A stretch of 64,000 bases of DNA from Somniosus microcephalus. Lineage: Eukaryota. This document shows, piece by piece, positions 59,592-64,000 of the stretch (positions are counted from its first letter, which is position 1; each line of letters starts with the position of its first letter). The translations under genes and the position numbers were made by a program. The notes beneath the pieces were generated by a model. That model searched no databases. It had not been told where the DNA came from and worked only from the letters and a program-made list of their open reading frames with translations. The stretch is taken from the NCBI GenBank assembly GCA_052327205.1, contig CM126221.1, forward strand, positions 76,570,001-76,634,000, read 5' to 3'.

Positions 59592-60992
59592 TCAACAACA
59601 ACAGCTTGTATTTATATAGCGCCTTTAACATAGTAAAACGTCCCAAGGCACTTCACAGGAGTGTTATAAGACAAAAAATTGACACCGAGCCACATAAGGA
59701 GAATTATGGGCAGCTGACCAAAAGCTTGGTCAAAGAGGTAGGTTTTAAGGAGCGTCTTAAAGGAGGAAAGAGAGGTAGCGAGGTGGAGAGGTTTAGGGAG
59801 GGAATTCCAGAGCTTAGGGCCCTGGCAGCTGAAGGCACGGCTGCCAATGGTGGAGCAATTATAATCAGGGATGCTCAAGAGGGCAGAATTAGAGGAGCGC
59901 AGATATCTTGGGGGATTGTGGGGCTGGAGGAGATTGCAGAGATAGGGAGGGGGCGAGGCCATGGAGGGATTTGAAAACAAGGATGAGAATTTTAAAGTCG
60001 AGGCGTTGCTGAACCAGGAGCCAATGTAGGTCAGCGAGCACAGGGGTGATGGGTGAACGGGGCTTGGTGCGAGTTAGGACACGAGGCAGTGAGCACAGGG
60101 GGTGATGGGTGAATGGGACTGGGTGCGAGTTAGGACACGGGGCAGTGAACACAGGGGGTGATGGGTGAACGGGACTTGGTGCGAGTTAGGACACGGGGCA
60201 GTGAGCACAGGGGGTGATGGGTGAACAGGACTTGGTGCGAGTTAGGACACGGGCAGTGAGCACGGGGTGATGGATGAACGGGACTGGGTGCGAGTTAGGA
60301 CACGGGGCAGTGAGCACAGGGGGTGATGGGTGAACGGGACTGGGTGCGAGTTAGGACACGGGGCAGTGAGCACAGGGGGTGATGGGTGAACGGGACTGGG
60401 TGCGAGTTAGGACACGGGGCAGTGAGCACAGGGGGTGATGGGCGAACGGGACTGGGTGCGAGTTAGGACACGGGGCAGTGAGCACAGGGGGTGATGGGTG
60501 AACGGGACTGGGTGCGAGTTAGGACACGGGGCAGTGAGCACAGGGGTGATGGATGAACGGGACTGGGTGCGAGTTAGGACACGGGGCAGTGAGCACAGGG
60601 GGTGATGGGTGAACGGGACTGGGTGCGAGTTAGGACACGGGGCAGTGAACACAGGGGGTGATGGGTGAACGGGACTTGGTGCGAGTTAGGACACGGGCAG
60701 CAGAGTTTTGGATGACCTCAAGTTTATGGAGGGTGGAATATGGGAGGCCAGCCAGGGGTTTGTTGGAATAATCAAGTCTAAAGGTAACAAATGCATGGAT
60801 TTCAGCAGCAGATGAGCTGAGGCAAGAGCGGAGACGGGTGATGTTACTGAGGTGGAACTAGGTGGTCTTAGTTATGCCGCAGCTATGTGGTCGGAAGCTC
60901 ATTTCAGTGTCAAATATGACACCAAGGTTGCGAACAGTCTGGTTCAGCCTCAGATGATGCTAGGAAGAGGAATGGAGTCAGTGGCTAGGCAA
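59592..60992 (-). mobile_element. L2 3' fragment containing an expanded minisatellite
   Basis: (aac)n tail, L2 3' UTR and ITPVLADLHWL...DFKILILVFKSL. Confidence 0.9.
60036..60700. repeat. 56-bp minisatellite, about 12 copies
   Basis: Unit gagcacagggggtgatgggtgaacgggactgggtgcgagttaggacacggggcagt. Confidence 0.97.
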
Positions 60993-61579
60993 CGGACCAA
61001 AAGCAATGGCTGATGGGGATTTGTAGGGCTGGAGGAGATTGCGGAGATGGGGCGGTGTGAGGCATCTGAGGAATTTAAAGATGAGGTCAAAGATTTTGAT
61101 TGTAATGTGTCGGGGTTCAGAGAACCAATGTAGCTCAGCGAGGAGAGCCTGTAGATTGTTGAAAGACATGAGGGAGGGAAGGAGTTCACAGCTTTGAGGA
61201 TCAGTGAAAAAATGAGATCCAGCAGAAAGCAACGCAGTTAATGCTTAAAGGCTTAAATTGATTATGTCAGCTATTTCTCCTCCGAAGGAAGCTGAGGAAA
61301 ATGAAGGATGATCAATTTGTAATTTCCCGATACATTGTGCGCCTAGTACAACAGTCATTTGAGAATATAAAAATCTATAAAGATCACTATGTTTTGTGCT
61401 TTCAATTCTTGCAAGAAGTAGGTATTTTTTGTGTGCCAGCCAAGTAGCTGACGTCGACAGAAACTTATCCCCATGTCCAAAGGTACTGATAAATTCACGT
61501 AGGTTTCTGTTGCCTGATATGGTGAGCGCACTGTCTCCATGTAAAGACACAACCCACTTGCCTAAGTCTAGAGATAATA

Positions 61580-61975
61580 TAGAATCACAGAATCTCACAG
61601 CACAGAAGGAGGCCATTCGGCCCATCATGCCTGTGCTGGGTCTCTGAAAGAGCTCTCCAATTAGTCCCACTCCCCCCTGCTCTTTCCCCACAGCCCTGCA
61701 AATTTTTCCTTTTCAAGTATTGATCCAATTCCCTTGTGAAAGTTACTATTGAATCTGCTTCCACCGCCCTTTCAGGCATCGCGTTCGAGATCACAACAAC
61801 TCGCTGCGTAAAAAAAACTCTCCTCATCTTCCTTCTGGTTCTTTTGCCGATTACCTTAAATCTGTGTCCTCTGGTTACCCACCAGCCAATGGAACCAGTT
61901 TCTCCTTATTTACTCTGATCAAAACCCTTCATAATTTTAAAAACCACTATTAAATCTCCTCTTAGCTTTCTCTGC
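61580..61975 (-). mobile_element. CR1 3' fragment
   Basis: FFTQRVV... frame and CR1 3' motif. Confidence 0.88.
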
Positions 61976-61979
61976 TGTG

Positions 61980-62442
61980 TGTCAGCTGTGGCTCAGTTGG
62001 CAGCACCCTCACCTCAGGAGGTTGTGGATTCAAATCCTCTTTCCATGAGAATTTAAGCATAAAAATCTAGGCTGACACTCCAGTGCAGTACTGAGGGAGC
62101 GCCGCACTGTTAGAAGGTGCTGCCTTTCAGATGTGATGTTAAACCGAGGCCCCGTCTGCTCTCTCAGGTGGATGTAAAAGATCCCACGGCCACTATTTTG
62201 AAGAAGAGCAGGGGAGTTCGCCCCGGTGTCCTGGTAAATATTTATCCCTCAACCAACATCACTAAAACAGATTATCTGGTCATTATTACATTGCTGTTTG
62301 TGGGAGCTTGCTGTGCGCAAATTGGCTGCCGCGTTTCCTACATTACAACAGTGACTACACTTCAGAAAGTACTTCATTGGCTATAAAGCGCTTTGGGCCG
62401 TCCGGTGGTGGTGAAAGGTGCTATAGAAATGCAAGTCTTTCT
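61980..62442 (+). mobile_element. Deu-domain SINE, near full length
   Basis: Head, core and tail as in the other copies. Confidence 0.9.
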
Positions 62443-62559
62443 TTCTCTGTTCTGCACAGCCAACTGCTAGGGATCCCCACATGCACCTGTGACACTACTG
62501 GAATTTAACCAATAAATTCCACAACGCCTACCAGCATAGAGCACTGGTAATCTTCTATA

Positions 62560-63180
62560 ATAATAATAAAAACAGACAATGCTGGAAACACTCAGCAGGT
62601 CAGGCAGCATCTCTGGAGCGAGAAACAGAGTTAACGTTTCAGGTCGAAGACCCTTCGTCAGAACTGGAAAAAGTTGGAGATGGAACAGGTTTTTAAGCAA
62701 GGGCAGGGGCAGGGAAAGGGGGGAGGGGAGGAAAGAACAAAAGGGAAGGTCTGTGATAGGCTGGAAGGTGGGAGAGATTAAGAGACAAAAGGGATGATGG
62801 TGCGAGGCAAGAGGAGATGGTAATGGGACAAGTTAAGAAACAAAAGATGACTCTAGATGAAGTGTAAATGGCAGAATGATTGACAGCTGCCATGTGAGAG
62901 AGAGAGAAAAAAATGAAAAAGAGAGGGGCCGAGGTTATGGGAAAGATGAGGTGCTGTTCCTCGAGCTTACATTGAGCTTCATTGGAACAGTGCAAGAGGC
63001 CGAGGATGGAGAGGTCAGAGTGGGAGTGGGAGTGGAGCGGAAAATTAAAGTGAGAGGTGACCGGAAGCTCAGGGTCACCCTTACGGACTGAACGGAGATG
63101 TTCCGCAAAGCGGTCGCCCAATCTGCGTTTGGTCTCCCCAATGTAGAGGAGACCGCATCGTGAGCAGCAAATACAGTATA
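62560..63180 (-). mobile_element. PLE 3' fragment (family B): GIY-YIG endonuclease remnant plus pLTR
   Basis: Minus strand translates YCICCSRCGLLYIGETKRRLGDRFAEHLRSV; internal deletion near 62940. Confidence 0.9.
62629..62665 (-). ncRNA. Minimal type-I hammerhead ribozyme motif, intact core
   Basis: agtt-CTGACGA-a-gggtc ttc gacct-GAAAC-GTT-aact. Confidence 0.8.
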
Positions 63181-63184
63181 ATAA

Positions 63185-64000
63185 ATAGAGTCATAGAGTC
63201 ATAGAGTTATACAGCACAGAAAGAGGCCCTTCGGCCCATCGTGTCCACGCCGGCCATCGAGCCCTGTCTATTCTAATCCCATTTTCCAGCACTTGGTCCG
63301 TAGCCTTGTATGCTATGGTGTTTCAAGTGCTCATCTAAATGCTTCTTGAATGTTGTGAGGGTTCCTGCCTCTACCACCCTTTCAGGCAGTGAGTTCCAGA
63401 TTCCAACTACCCTCTGGGTGAAAAAGTTTTTCCTCAATTCCCCTCTAAACCTCCTGCCCCTTACCTTGAAACTATGCCCCCTGGTTATTGACCCCTCTAC
63501 GAAGGGGAAAAGTTCCTTTCTATCTACCCTATCTATGCCCCTCATAATTTTGTACACCTCAATCAGGTCCCCCCTCGGCCTTCACTGCTGTAAGGAAAAC
63601 AACCCCAGCCTGTCCAGTCTCTCTCATAGCTGAAGCGCTCCAGCCCAGGTAACATCCTGGTGAATCTCCTCTGCACCCTCTCCAATGCAATCACATCCTT
63701 CCTATAGTGTGGTGACCAGAACTGCACACAATATTCCAGCTGTGGCCTAACCAGCGTTTTGTACAGCTCCATCATAACCTCCCTGCTCTTATATTCTATG
63801 CCTCGGCTAATGAAGGCAAGTATCCCATATGCCTTTTTAACCACCTTATCTACCTGTCCTGCTGCCTTCAGGGATCTATGTACATGCACACCAAGGTCCC
63901 TCTGATCTTTTGTCCTTCCTAGGGTCCTACCATTCATTGTGTATTCCCTTGCCTTGTTAGTCCTCCCAAAATACATCACCTCACACTTTTCAGGGTTAAA
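63185..64000 (-). mobile_element. CR1 3' portion running off the window
   Basis: RDLGVHVH...LVRPQLEYCVQFWSP...TRGH; (actctatg)n tail. Confidence 0.92.

Noticed and set aside
60036-60700. Regularly spaced repeats suggesting a CRISPR array (also 47135-47475)
   Set aside because: The units are contiguous with no unique spacers, no cas genes are present, and the context is eukaryotic.

Overview
This window is vertebrate nuclear DNA, almost certainly from a shark or other elasmobranch. That call is inferred from the repeat set: Deu-domain tRNA-SINEs of the SacSINE1 type, CR1 LINEs with octamer tails, L2, Rex1/Babar, RTE and Penelope-like elements. I can support no host protein-coding gene, rRNA, true tRNA or CRISPR array; it reads as a gene desert or a large intron, and most of it is transposon-derived. 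Main elements: a near full-length but frameshifted CR1 (about 7040-11860, with ORF1 Zn-finger/SGNH esterase and ORF2 APE-RT); a complete Mag-like Gypsy element (20599-25304, 241-bp LTRs with one mismatch, 5-bp TSD, unusual TA...CA ends); about ten Penelope-like (PLE) fragments from three families, most carrying minimal type-I hammerhead ribozyme motifs with covarying stems; a young Vingi-like LINE insertion; hAT and Tc1/pogo MITEs; a solo LTR; a family of GC-rich-ended elements rich in GGTAAG motifs; three minisatellites; and several repeat-free AT-rich islands with clustered homeodomain motifs that may be enhancers. Family names come from motif recognition, not database searches, and boundaries of decayed repeats are approximate. 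I found no convincing wholly new system. The best leads are the PLE hammerhead set, the layered CR1 3' UTRs and the non-canonical LTR end.
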